From positions 1-64,000 of IMG/VR virus record IMGVR_UViG_3300017963_000033: a DNA stretch of 64,000 bases; one strand, written 5' to 3'. The position numbers and the translations under genes are program-made. The DNA comes from a virus. Under the pieces are notes generated by a model. That model saw only the letters and a program-made list of their open reading frames with translations. It did not search any database and was not told where the DNA came from. Positions 9,086 through 18,343 of this stretch are shown here, one piece after another. How positions within the stretch are numbered: the stretch's first letter is position 1; each line of letters starts with the position of its first letter.

Positions 9086-10060
9086 ATGCGCCTGCAAGAG
9101 GCGGTAGACAAATACCTCGATGACCTCGGCCTGGAGGTCAAGGCCGGCAACAAGTCCCCCGCAACCGTGCGCACCTACCGCACTGGCCTGCGCCGGTACG
9201 TGCAGGCGCTGGGGGACCCAGACCTGGATGACCTCGACGGCAATGAGGTCATCGAGTACATGCGCGGGCTGGCGCAAGAGGATCTAAAGCCGCGCACCAT
9301 CGAACTATACCTCACGGCAGTTTCTCAGTTCTATCAGTGGATGGCGCTGGAGGAGGTCATCATCCTCCCCGCAAACCAGCAGGAACGGGTGGGGGCAAAA
9401 ATGCGCAAGTGGAGAAAGGGGCGCAAAGAAAAGCGCCTGCCGCGCACACCCAACGAAGATGCCGTGCAAGCCGTGCAGGACGTGGCGCAGACCCCCGCAA
9501 AGGGGACACACACGACCGCACGGGCTGCGCAACGTGCGCGAATCTCGCGCATGAGGGACGCAGCACTGTTCGCATTCCTGCGCAGCACGGGCGCAAGGGT
9601 TTCCGAGGTTGCGAATGCCTTGCGCGACGACCTGGACCTGGAGCGCAAACGGGCGCAGGTCTACGGCAAGGGCCGCAAAGAGCGCGTTGTGTTTTTGGAT
9701 GATGCCGCAACCTGCGCCATCCGGGCGTACCTCGAAGCGCGGGACGCGGCGAACCTGCGCCGGCCCACCAAGGGGGAGGAGGCACTGTTCTCCCGACACG
9801 ACAAAAGGTCGGGCTGGGCGGTGCGGGGCATGAGCCCCAATAGCATCCGCAACGCGCTGCACAGTCTGTGCCAGGAGGCTGGCGTGGAAGGGTTCACGCC
9901 GCACCAGTTGCGGCACCGTGTAGGGGCCAGGGCCATAGGCCCTCTAGGAATCCGGGGAGTGCAAGAACTGCTGGGGCATGAAAGCCCGACGACCACGGCG
10001 CTGTATACGCATGTGGAACCGGACGCGCTGGCCGAGGCGTTTGAGGAGTTGGACCTGTAA
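9086..10060 (+). CDS. XerC/XerD-type tyrosine recombinase
   Basis: SPATVRTY N-terminal domain; catalytic TGARVSE, GKGRKER, PHQLRH, LLGH, TALYTH. Confidence 0.95.
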   Translation: MRLQEAVDKYLDDLGLEVKAGNKSPATVRTYRTGLRRYVQALGDPDLDDLDGNEVIEYMRGLAQEDLKPRTIELYLTAVSQFYQWMALEEVIILPANQQERVGAKMRKWRKGRKEKRLPRTPNEDAVQAVQDVAQTPAKGTHTTARAAQRARISRMRDAALFAFLRSTGARVSEVANALRDDLDLERKRAQVYGKGRKERVVFLDDAATCAIRAYLEARDAANLRRPTKGEEALFSRHDKRSGWAVRGMSPNSIRNALHSLCQEAGVEGFTPHQLRHRVGARAIGPLGIRGVQELLGHESPTTTALYTHVEPDALAEAFEELDL

Positions 10061-10127
10061 CATTCCAAAGGGGGAAAGGGGGGATGCCTCTTTCCCCAAA
10101 ACACATCTCAGAAAGGAGACTGAGGAA

Positions 10128-10973
10128 ATGGACGAATTGAAAGCATTGGTCGAGGAGGGAAAAGCATACTATGTGCAGCTCTCGCAACAGCGAGACCAGG
10201 AAGCGCAGGAAAAGCATGAACAGAGTATCAAGGACGCAAAGGAGGCATGGGACAACCTGACAGGCTATGTACGCAGCATCGTGCCCGAGGTTCTACATCC
10301 TTACATCAACAAATGGGATGTCCATAGTCCAGAAGCCAGACCAACAAGAGACATGAGGGCTGAAATCGTGGTGCCAAGCTGGCGTCCTATCTGGGTGAAT
10401 GTCGGACAAACAGCGCGTGAGTACGCCGAGGGAGGACCTTGGCATCTCATGACCATCTGCGTCCCATGGGCGGGTGAAGAATGCTGCATCCCAGAGTATG
10501 ACCGAGAATACTTTTTCCATGGCCCAGACGACTTTGGCTTTGCGGAAGGGGATGGGCCTTTCTATCTGGACACTCGCAACAAACAGACCTTCTCACAAGA
10601 TGAATGGCATAAAGTCTGCGCGTGGGCACAACATCATGGAACACTCCAGGCCAAGCGAGAAGAGGAGATAAAGGAGAAAAACACGGCGGCCTGGGCAGCC
10701 TATCGGGAACGACAGGCAGAGAAAGAACGCATCCAGGCCGAAACGGCTGCCGCAAAGGCAGATCCTGGCGGCCCTTCTCCTGTCCTTCCCTGGCATAGGA
10801 TGAAGGTGGCCCATGACACCCTGTTCACCGTGCAGGCCCTGGAAAAGGGAGAGGCCGCATCGGCGGCAGCACTGGTGGCCATAGCCCACATGCTCTACGC
10901 CTATCTGGAATGGGTGCATAATGACATCTGCAAGGAACCTAGGAACTTTGGGGATGGCCCACCGTTCTTGTGA
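10128..10973 (+). CDS. Hypothetical protein
   Basis: AGAAAGGAG RBS before ATG 10128. Confidence 0.75.
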   Translation: MDELKALVEEGKAYYVQLSQQRDQEAQEKHEQSIKDAKEAWDNLTGYVRSIVPEVLHPYINKWDVHSPEARPTRDMRAEIVVPSWRPIWVNVGQTAREYAEGGPWHLMTICVPWAGEECCIPEYDREYFFHGPDDFGFAEGDGPFYLDTRNKQTFSQDEWHKVCAWAQHHGTLQAKREEEIKEKNTAAWAAYRERQAEKERIQAETAAAKADPGGPSPVLPWHRMKVAHDTLFTVQALEKGEAASAAALVAIAHMLYAYLEWVHNDICKEPRNFGDGPPFL

Positions 10974-10974
10974 C

Positions 10975-11335
10975 CAATTCCGCGTCCGCCAATTGCTCAC
11001 GCCAATCTGGCGAATAGCACACGCTGGCGCGGGTTGGAATACATCTCCACCAAGGAGGAGCCGGGCGACAAAGGGGACTGGCCCACCCCACCTAAAAGGC
11101 TACCTGCTCTGACCTGCGGCAGGCGGCCAATCAAAACCAAAGGGGGGAACCCAACTGGAGACAGTGTACTGCGGTGCGAGTTTGGAATACCCCAAGGCTG
11201 GATGTGATTCCCAGCAGGTCACAAACCGCTGGGTGCGGGCATAGAGGTCGGCCCCGTAGTATCAAACCAGGTCGTGGTTGCGGGGTGTCAGTGCCATCAC
11301 CCGCGCCCAGCGGGGCGTTTGTAATGACAAACATT
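10975..11335 (+). ncRNA. Candidate structured non-coding RNA
   Basis: Gap with no credible ORF and many complementary segments, e.g. CCGCTGGGTGCGGG/CCCGCGCCCAGCGG and TGACCTGC/GCAGGTCA. Confidence 0.4.
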
Positions 11336-11338
11336 CGT

Positions 11339-11366
11339 TTTGAACTTAATGCGGATTAAGTTCAAA
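11339..11366. other. Symmetric dif/lox-like recombination site (11-6-11)
   Basis: TTTGAACTTAA-TGCGGA-TTAAGTTCAAA. Confidence 0.6.
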
Positions 11367-11413
11367 AGTCAAGGGGTCGCGCACCTACGCGCGAGAAAGG
11401 AATAACAATAGTC

Positions 11414-11650
11414 GTGAGATACTATCATGAGGGACAGGATGTACTTGCGAATTGCGGGACGCTTAAAAAACCACAATGGATACCAGGCAAGGTGGTGAAT
11501 GTTTTTGACAGAAATTCAGCCGCCGTCGTTCGGCCTTATGAAGTCGAGTTAGAACGCGAAGTCGACGGTCGACCGAGATGGTTTTTTGGTTGCCACTACA
11601 TAATAGCTGATACGAAGCGAAACAGGAAGCGGAAAGGGATTGCCCCCTGA
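11414..11650 (+). CDS. Small SH3-like hypothetical protein
   Basis: GTG start after AGAAAGGAA; W.PGKV....YEVEL pattern. Confidence 0.55.
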   Translation: MRYYHEGQDVLANCGTLKKPQWIPGKVVNVFDRNSAAVVRPYEVELEREVDGRPRWFFGCHYIIADTKRNRKRKGIAP

Positions 11651-11824
11651 AAAGGTCTCGGCACACCAGCCGAGACCTTTGTGCGTTCAAGGAAAACAAG
11701 GCCCGCTGGCGGGCAAACCAGCGGGCCTCTGGCAAAGAGGAGGTAAGGTGAGAACGATTATGTCAGCCTGTGCCCCCCTGGCCAGGGACACAGGCTCTCG
11801 CAGGGAAACGGGCAAGATGAAAAC

Positions 11825-12091
11825 TCAAAGAGACTCACGCATCACAACCCCATCGGGCCACATCCACGCCGGCACCAAGGTATCCTCGTGCGACCCAGGC
11901 TTGACCGGCTGGCCGCACCCATAGCACAAGTACAGCATATTGGCCTTGAGGCGCACCATCGTCTGCCAGAGCGTCTTGGGAATCCCCCCGCTGGGCACCC
12001 ATCCCGTGGGAAAAGGCCCTACCTTGACCACCTGCTGGTGAATGGCATCACCCGCCCGCCCACACCACACGCACCGATAGGTATCAAGCAA
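11825..12091 (-). CDS. Zinc-finger hypothetical protein
   Basis: CVWC...CYGC; overlaps the upstream gene. Confidence 0.55.
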   Translation of the reverse strand: MLDTYRCVWCGRAGDAIHQQVVKVGPFPTGWVPSGGIPKTLWQTMVRLKANMLYLCYGCGQPVKPGSHEDTLVPAWMWPDGVVMRESL

Positions 12092-12683
12092 CCAATCCCC
12101 CCATCAGTGTCTGGATGTCCAAAACCTTTTGCCGCGCCTCCTCCAGGGAGAGCAACGCATCCCCGCAGAGATCCAGGACCTCTTTCACAGGGCACTCATC
12201 GGGCGGCGGCTCGGGCGGTTCCTCAGACCTGACCACAATGCCTATGTCTGGATGCTGGTGATTGGTGGCGGCCACCATACCCAGTCCCTGAATCAGGGGG
12301 GTCTTGTGTCCGAATATCCAGACCTGGTGGGGACCCAGTTGCCCCTTGTCGGGCCAGTAGTAGGCCCCATCCCCCATCCCAAAGCCGACCTCCCCCATGG
12401 CGTTGGTGACTCCCCGGATGCACCACTTGCCCATCACAACATCAAAAACCGCATCATGCGCCTGTTTCACATCGGGCCACCACCAGGCCACCGGGATGTC
12501 CTCCATGGGCTTGCCGTTCAGATCCTTCACCTTGACGAGCAAGGTAGAACTGGGCAGCATCTCCTGGAGGTAGGCAACCGCCCAGGCATCCGTAGTGTTT
12601 TCCAGGATGGGCAGGTCGCCAAAGATGGCAACGAATGCCTCTTGGCTGATTGTGTTTCCATTCCGGTCATAGTAGATCATCAT
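12084..12683 (-). CDS. Hypothetical protein in the putative lysis cassette
   Basis: WWWPD...GEVGFGMGDGAYY...GPH...GLGM...NH motif, recalled from Anaerolineae extracellular proteins (unverified). Confidence 0.65.
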   Translation of the reverse strand: MMIYYDRNGNTISQEAFVAIFGDLPILENTTDAWAVAYLQEMLPSSTLLVKVKDLNGKPMEDIPVAWWWPDVKQAHDAVFDVVMGKWCIRGVTNAMGEVGFGMGDGAYYWPDKGQLGPHQVWIFGHKTPLIQGLGMVAATNHQHPDIGIVVRSEEPPEPPPDECPVKEVLDLCGDALLSLEEARQKVLDIQTLMGGLVA

Positions 12684-13147
12684 TCCCCTCCCCCTGCAAG
12701 CCCAGACTTGTCCCTTGATTGCAGCGCAGCCTGTACCGCCTCCAGCACAGCCTGTACCGCCTGCAACAGGGCCGCATCTCGGGCCGAAACTGCATCATCG
12801 TGCTTGGCCATCTGGGTGGCCGTGGCCTCTGCCACGGTTGCGACCCCTGCCGCAACGTCGCGGAGGGCCTGCCCTACCTGTTCCTGGGCTTCGTTCCCCT
12901 GGACGACCAGCTCATCAAAGCGGGCAATCAAAAAACGCCTTTCCTCATCCCCCCGGAGAACCATGTCGGTCATGTATTGCTCGTGCCGCTGCCGCTCGGC
13001 AGCAGTGGCCTCCCGTTCCTTTTGGTTTGCGTTGCGCTCTCCCCGCAAACTGAACAGGAGGATGACAAGAACGCTGATGAGAACAACCGCAATTAGGGGT
13101 TGTTCCCAAAACTGGGGAACCGACAGGAACTCCAGGAGTTCACTCAT
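12680..13147 (-). CDS. Membrane-anchored coiled-coil protein
   Basis: N-terminal TM helix followed by a helical region. Confidence 0.7.
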   Translation of the reverse strand: MSELLEFLSVPQFWEQPLIAVVLISVLVILLFSLRGERNANQKEREATAAERQRHEQYMTDMVLRGDEERRFLIARFDELVVQGNEAQEQVGQALRDVAAGVATVAEATATQMAKHDDAVSARDAALLQAVQAVLEAVQAALQSRDKSGLAGGGE

Positions 13148-13440
13148 CGGCTATCTATGTCCTTTGGGGGCCTGATGAACAGAAAGTAGGCAAAAGGGGG
13201 TAGCGCCCCAAGGATGAACGCCTCTAGGGTCATCACCGCCCCGCGCCAAGACGGGTCAGGGTTTCCGGTGACCATCGTCCAGGCCAGCAATGCCAGGAAG
13301 ATGGCACTGCCCGTAGCCCAGCCGAGCATGATGGTCCCAAACAACCTGGCCACCCAGGCTTCAATGGCAAACAACCTGCCGGCCAGGGCCAGGGAAAAGA
13401 CAAGCCCTGACGAATACAAAACCAGGCGTAGGTATTCCAT
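13144..13440 (-). CDS. Three-TM membrane protein (holin-like)
   Basis: 98 aa with three hydrophobic helices. Confidence 0.65.
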   Translation of the reverse strand: MEYLRLVLYSSGLVFSLALAGRLFAIEAWVARLFGTIMLGWATGSAIFLALLAWTMVTGNPDPSWRGAVMTLEAFILGALPPFAYFLFIRPPKDIDSR

Positions 13441-13446
13441 GAGAAC

Positions 13447-13809
13447 CTATTTGAAGGCGGGTCCCTTGGTCAACGAATCTGGGATAGGCAGCCCCAGCCT
13501 CTTGAGGTTGTCAGCCAGATCGGCCAACAACATGGTTTCGAGTGCCACCCAGGTCGCCGTCGAAAGGCCACCAACCTCCAGGGTATCTCCGACGAAAGCC
13601 AGAACACCGAACACGGCTGTCAGGGGGAGCACCTTTTTCCACAGGAATTCCGCCACCTTGCCCAGCAGGAATTCGCTGGTGCGGACGCTGGCAGCGATGG
13701 CTACCGCAACGTTGAGGAGGATGTGGAGCAGGAGGACCTTGACCTCCCAAAAGCCCCACAGCCACAGGATGAATACTTGTGCCTGAGTCAACAGAGATTC
13801 AAAATCCAT
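13447..13809 (-). CDS. Putative holin
   Basis: Multi-TM; C-terminal ...LADNLKRLGLPIP pattern seen in phage holins; AGAAAGGAG RBS. Confidence 0.65.
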   Translation of the reverse strand: MDFESLLTQAQVFILWLWGFWEVKVLLLHILLNVAVAIAASVRTSEFLLGKVAEFLWKKVLPLTAVFGVLAFVGDTLEVGGLSTATWVALETMLLADLADNLKRLGLPIPDSLTKGPAFK

Positions 13810-13869
13810 GGGACACTCCTTTCTCAAGGTACAACACACCAATGGCGCAACCGGCTGTGCGCCTCATTC

Positions 13870-13898
13870 ATTATACCCCAAATAATGACCCCTGTCAA
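13870..13898 (-). promoter_or_regulatory. Consensus promoter for the holin cassette
   Basis: TTGACA-17-TATAAT on the minus strand. Confidence 0.8.
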
Positions 13899-13961
13899 CA
13901 GATTATACCAAGGGTTAGGAAAGTTTAACCTGGAGACTTAATCCAAGGTCAAAATTGGGTC

Positions 13962-13990
13962 TTGACAAGGGGGTGGTTCTATGCTATAAT
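13962..13990 (+). promoter_or_regulatory. Consensus promoter (divergent)
   Basis: TTGACA-17-TATAAT with extended TG. Confidence 0.85.
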
Positions 13991-14045
13991 GGATTCCACT
14001 AGTATATATTAGCTACCAGACATCAATATTCAGAAAGGAGGTTAC

Positions 14046-14318
14046 ATGCCACAGCTAAAACGGTTTGACGTGAAGGTGTCAGTGAACTTCACGGAGGAGC
14101 AGGTCAGAGACCTGGATGATATGGCTGCACAACTGGATCTGAACCGCAGTGATGTCATCCGCCGCCTCGTAGTAATGGGGATGCCCCTGTTTGTGAACTG
14201 GCTCCATCAGGGACTTGTGCCCAATGGGGGTGCTGAACGCCATACCCATGGTGTAAGCGATGCCCTTGTAGAAGAACTCCCTGGCGGCTACCAACCGGAG
14301 TATGACTATGACCAGTAA
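14046..14318 (+). CDS. Ribbon-helix-helix (CopG-like) regulator
   Basis: VSVNFTEEQVRDLDDMA...NRSDVIRRLV. Confidence 0.8.
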   Translation: MPQLKRFDVKVSVNFTEEQVRDLDDMAAQLDLNRSDVIRRLVVMGMPLFVNWLHQGLVPNGGAERHTHGVSDALVEELPGGYQPEYDYDQ

Positions 14319-14661
14319 CTGGCTCGACGGCATCGACTTCCCGGCAAAGATGGTCCTGTTCCGGTTTGAGCCCTCGCTGAACAGTCCAAGGGTCTGCACG
14401 GACCAGATTCTGTTGCACAACGAGGCAGATTATCAGGTACGCCTCCAAACATACAAAGACCTGGAGCTGCGCGGGGGCGACCAGTACGTCCACTTTTATC
14501 ACGACCTTGTGCCCGTGCAAGACATCAACGAGGCAATGGCGGCCCTCAGCCGGTTCCTGTCCACAGACCAGGGACCCCACTGGACCGGCGAACCCACCAG
14601 GGTTTCCTGGAAAGCAATCGAGGGGATGCTGGCACAGATTCAAGAAAAGGAGGCAGTATGA
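14302..14661 (+). CDS. Hypothetical protein
   Basis: Overlapping operon gene. Confidence 0.65.
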   Translation: MTMTSNWLDGIDFPAKMVLFRFEPSLNSPRVCTDQILLHNEADYQVRLQTYKDLELRGGDQYVHFYHDLVPVQDINEAMAALSRFLSTDQGPHWTGEPTRVSWKAIEGMLAQIQEKEAV

Positions 14662-14882
14662 ACAGTCACAAGATCCTTTTCCCACCTTTCGTCTATCGCA
14701 TCCAGAGGAAGATCGAACGGTACTTCGAGCCCTTCCCCCTGGGCCTCGCCTGCTGCCTTTTTGCCCTGGCTGTCATCTGCGCCGTGTTCAGCCAATGGTT
14801 CTGGTTTGCCATCACCCTGGCCATGGGCCTCAGCACAGTATGGATGTCCTGGCAGATGGCAAGGGATGCGCGTGGACAATGA
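14658..14882 (+). CDS. Small membrane protein
   Basis: AAGGAGG RBS; two TM segments. Confidence 0.65.
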   Translation: MNSHKILFPPFVYRIQRKIERYFEPFPLGLACCLFALAVICAVFSQWFWFAITLAMGLSTVWMSWQMARDARGQ

Positions 14883-15066
14883 CTGGAACACCTGGGCGCT
14901 ACACTATGAGGACAAGACCGTCGTCCTCACCAGCCTCATGTCCCTCGATGAGTTGTGGGAATGGTATGGGGGGCACGGCCTGCTGGACATCGTTCCCTAC
15001 AATCCCACTGAACCTGACCGGGATGATGCCCATCTGGTAAGGGGAGACCATGACGCCGACCTATGA
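14866..15066 (+). CDS. Hypothetical protein
   Basis: Fills the operon gap with overlaps at both ends. Confidence 0.5.
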   Translation: MRVDNDWNTWALHYEDKTVVLTSLMSLDELWEWYGGHGLLDIVPYNPTEPDRDDAHLVRGDHDADL

Positions 15067-16609
15067 CCGGGACTATATCTACATCCGGGATAGGCCCATC
15101 CTGCACACCACTGCCAGACGGGATTGGGTGTGCGGCACCTGTGAAAGCCCCCTCAAGGGGATCTGGCAAGACAGTCTTATGATCACCGTTTGTGCCAGGG
15201 ATGCCAGTCATCCAGTGGATGGATTCATCCACCAATCGGCCCTAGAGCGCAGGGTCCATCGAGAACTTATGTTCGGTCATGCACTGGCCGAAAAGGAAAG
15301 GAGAACTATGAGTAGACTGAAAGACCGTGACAGGGAGGATGCACCAGGAGTGCCCCTGCGGCTGAGGCTGGGGCGCGTTGGAAAGATCAGGCAGGGCGTC
15401 ATGGCCAAGAACAAGGATGGAAGAGACTACCCGCTGGCCACACCCTATTTCATCATCGAACCGGCAACTACTATCAAAGAGGACAAATATCGAATCCTGT
15501 CGGAGGTCAGGGCTGCGATTGATGCCCTTGTCCCTGGGCAGGATCTGGAAAAGCCCACTGTGTTGCCCATCATCTTCCTCATCAACGATGATGCGATGAT
15601 TGCCCCCGAGTCCTACAAACTCAGGCGCGGCAAAAAGGGGACTGTCTGGTGTGCCGGCAACGGCGAGACCATCCTGTGGAAGCTGGATGACCAATTCCGA
15701 GTTGAGGTCAGCCAGGGGGTCCACGTCAAAACGGGCGAGATCCTGCGTTGCCCAGGAGGGGACAGGGACCATGAGCGCCACCCCTGGTGTGAGGAGTGCA
15801 ACGGCGAGTTTGAACTGAACTTTGCCATCCAGGGCTATGACCGCAGCGGCGTGTGGCTGCTGCGCACCAAGAGCATGAACTTCCGGGACCAGTTTTGGCC
15901 TCAACTGGCCATCGCCCGAGGGTTTGTCCAGCGAGGCGTGGTGCCCACTCTGGCCGATGTGCCGTTCTTGCTGCGCCGGCAGAAAGAATCTATTACGGCT
16001 CCAGTAGGGGCGAACAAAGGTTTGTCCACTGTCGAGATGCCCATCACGTCCATCGAAATCGAACCCGGATTCCTCAAGTGGGCCAGGGGACGGCAGCAAC
16101 GGATGGTTCAGGCGTTGCAGGCCGGGGAAGTGCTGGCCCTCTCGTCAGGGGAAGAGGGATGGCCAGAGGATGAGGAGGACGGATATATCGACGGGGAAGT
16201 GGACGTGCTGCCCGAGACAATGGAGGAGGCAAATAAACCAGCCGACGAACCCGCCCCGCCCCAGCCCAAACCAGAACCCAAAAAGCCTGCGCCCCGTGCA
16301 AGTAAGCTGGCCCCATCCCCGCGAGAGGCAGCGCCCAGGCGTGGTGCGCAAGCCAAGGAGAAACAGGACCAGCCGGTGGATGAGAAGGCTCCCCCGCCGC
16401 CGACGAACCCGGAAACGCTGAAAACCTCCATCAACTGGGTGACCAGCGGAAAGTACGACACGGTGGGGGATGTCTTGAAGGCGCTGAGGCGCATCTTCTC
16501 GAACAACAAGTACACCTGGCCGGTCAACGAACCAGAAGCATACCCTGAACTTCTGACCTTGTTGGTCCAGGACCACCAGGCCAGCGAGGACGCCAAGAAG
16601 GACAAGTGA
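15050..16609 (+). CDS. Gp3-like / recombination directionality factor-like protein (possible internal start at 15308)
   Basis: RLGRVGKIRQG...YP...YF motif and Cys cluster; acidic, Pro-rich tail; second RBS AAAGGAG before MSRLKD. Confidence 0.6.
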   Translation: MTPTYDRDYIYIRDRPILHTTARRDWVCGTCESPLKGIWQDSLMITVCARDASHPVDGFIHQSALERRVHRELMFGHALAEKERRTMSRLKDRDREDAPGVPLRLRLGRVGKIRQGVMAKNKDGRDYPLATPYFIIEPATTIKEDKYRILSEVRAAIDALVPGQDLEKPTVLPIIFLINDDAMIAPESYKLRRGKKGTVWCAGNGETILWKLDDQFRVEVSQGVHVKTGEILRCPGGDRDHERHPWCEECNGEFELNFAIQGYDRSGVWLLRTKSMNFRDQFWPQLAIARGFVQRGVVPTLADVPFLLRRQKESITAPVGANKGLSTVEMPITSIEIEPGFLKWARGRQQRMVQALQAGEVLALSSGEEGWPEDEEDGYIDGEVDVLPETMEEANKPADEPAPPQPKPEPKKPAPRASKLAPSPREAAPRRGAQAKEKQDQPVDEKAPPPPTNPETLKTSINWVTSGKYDTVGDVLKALRRIFSNNKYTWPVNEPEAYPELLTLLVQDHQASEDAKKDK

Positions 16610-16666
16610 ACCAGGTTGCCCCGCTGGTTCCTCTACGCCAGCGGGGCAATAGAAAGGAGACAAACA

Positions 16667-17554
16667 GTGAGAGAACATTTTCAGGATTTCAATTTCCAGA
16701 GCGCCACCCTGGAAGTGATTGAGCAAGTGGCCGGCATCATGGGACAATACCGCCGCATGGGGTTTGTGCTAACCGTGCGACAGGTATACTATCAACTTGT
16801 TGCGAGGGGCCTCATTGAGAACTCGCTTTCCTCCTACAAGCGCATCGTCAACATTGTGGGCAATGCCCGACTGGCCGGCATGTTGGATTGGGGCCTCATC
16901 GAGGATAGAGAACGCCCGGTACACTATCCAGGTCATTGGGATGGTGCCAGCGACATTGCACAATCCGCCTATCACAGCTTCCGGGTGAATCGTTGGAAAT
17001 ACCAACCCTGGCATGTGGAAGTGATGTGCGAGAAAAAGGCCCTTGAAGGCGTCCTGCGCCCCGTCTGCGCAAGGCTGGATGTCAGATTTCAGGCTAACCG
17101 GGGCTACAGCAGCCTCACGGCAATGTACGAGACTGGGAAGCGCCTGGAGAGAATGGTTGCTGGTGGAAAAGATGTTGCCATCCTATACTTTGGCGATCAT
17201 GATCCAAGCGGCATGGATATGGACCGTGACATCGCAGAGAGGCTGTCGATGTTTTCCCGGTGCCGTGTTGAGGTCGAGCGGCTTGCCCTCCTCATGGACC
17301 AAATCGAGGAGATGGACATTCCAGAGAACCCTGCCAAGCTGACAGATAGCCGTGCCGATGGATACATCGCCCAATATGGCATGTCCTCTTGGGAGCTGGA
17401 CGCCATGGAGCCGCAGACTATGGCAGACCTCGTGGAGGGTGCCATCTTGAGTTTTCGGGACGAAAGCATTCATGCCGAAGCGATGGACTTTGAAGAAGAA
17501 GAGAAAGAAAAGCTGTCCGCATTCATCCAGGACAATGAGGACAGCACCTACTGA
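16667..17554 (+). CDS. TopoVI-A/Spo11-like TOPRIM domain protein
   Basis: LTVRQVYY, EVMCEK, RGYSS, YFGDHDPSG and ELDA motifs. Confidence 0.75.
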   Translation: MREHFQDFNFQSATLEVIEQVAGIMGQYRRMGFVLTVRQVYYQLVARGLIENSLSSYKRIVNIVGNARLAGMLDWGLIEDRERPVHYPGHWDGASDIAQSAYHSFRVNRWKYQPWHVEVMCEKKALEGVLRPVCARLDVRFQANRGYSSLTAMYETGKRLERMVAGGKDVAILYFGDHDPSGMDMDRDIAERLSMFSRCRVEVERLALLMDQIEEMDIPENPAKLTDSRADGYIAQYGMSSWELDAMEPQTMADLVEGAILSFRDESIHAEAMDFEEEEKEKLSAFIQDNEDSTY

Positions 17555-17566
17555 AAGGAGACAAAC

Positions 17567-17983
17567 ATGCCAAATATCAGGACCAGGCGCAGATACGGCA
17601 AGCACGAACAACGCCCGCCCCATCTGGACTACTGGATGCCAACAACCTCCTACCAGAGCTGCCCGACCTGCGGGGATGTACTGACCTGGCTTTGCCCAGA
17701 GTGCAAGGACAACTATACCTACCAGGAGTATCTTGACGTTTGGGAGGAGCACTTTGGGGATGAAACCACGGGAGAAATAACCTCTTGGCACAGTGGAGTT
17801 TCAAGACAAAACATCGTCCACAGGCTGTCAAGGAGGCAATTTCAGCAATCACTTGCCATCGTAGGCCGCAATGGGCGATGGATTGATAAGGAACTAAAGA
17901 AACCTTTCGAGGAACAGGATGGCCAGTGGGTGGACAAGTTGTTTGCCGAATCATTTCCGCACGAATTGCGGCTATTCATGTAG
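17567..17983 (+). CDS. Zinc-ribbon hypothetical protein
   Basis: CPTC...CPEC; RBS present. Confidence 0.65.
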   Translation: MPNIRTRRRYGKHEQRPPHLDYWMPTTSYQSCPTCGDVLTWLCPECKDNYTYQEYLDVWEEHFGDETTGEITSWHSGVSRQNIVHRLSRRQFQQSLAIVGRNGRWIDKELKKPFEEQDGQWVDKLFAESFPHELRLFM

Positions 17984-18001
17984 GAGCAGAGAGGAGAACG
18001 C

Positions 18002-18343
18002 ATGACAGAGGCAGAAGAAATGACGGAGTTACAGTCACTAGATGATGCAGTCCCATTCCTGGGACACTACATTGTCTGGCGTCAACACGATTCTCTTTGG
18101 GAACCAACCCATTGGAATACATACCGTGGCTACCTAGAGCGCGTAAAACAACCATATCGTGGGCTCGGGATGGGGTATCCCATCGTGAGGGAAATCATAA
18201 ACAATGTGCATTCTATGAGCGCCATCGCAGAGGGAAAGATCACTAAAGGCAACAGGATGCAGGTGCGTTTGGCATCCCAAAATGAAATCGCAAGCATGGA
18301 ACTGTCCTATGGGAGGAAGCCGCTGGGGGAGGAAGCCGCATGA
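18002..18343 (+). CDS. Hypothetical protein
   Basis: GAGGAG RBS. Confidence 0.65.
   Translation: MTEAEEMTELQSLDDAVPFLGHYIVWRQHDSLWEPTHWNTYRGYLERVKQPYRGLGMGYPIVREIINNVHSMSAIAEGKITKGNRMQVRLASQNEIASMELSYGRKPLGEEAA

Noticed and set aside
11025-11052. tmRNA or tRNA 3' end (CTCCACCA)
   Set aside because: No T-arm (TTCRA) or matching acceptor strand.
12129-13175. Long opposite-strand ORFs (this one and e.g. 43595-44635, 54916-55953, 62731-63681)
   Set aside because: They are shadows of GC-rich coding genes, with no RBS or recognisable motifs.
16667-17554. Wadjet JetD or a functional topoisomerase VI
   Set aside because: No SMC/JetABC genes or TopoVI-B partner in the window.
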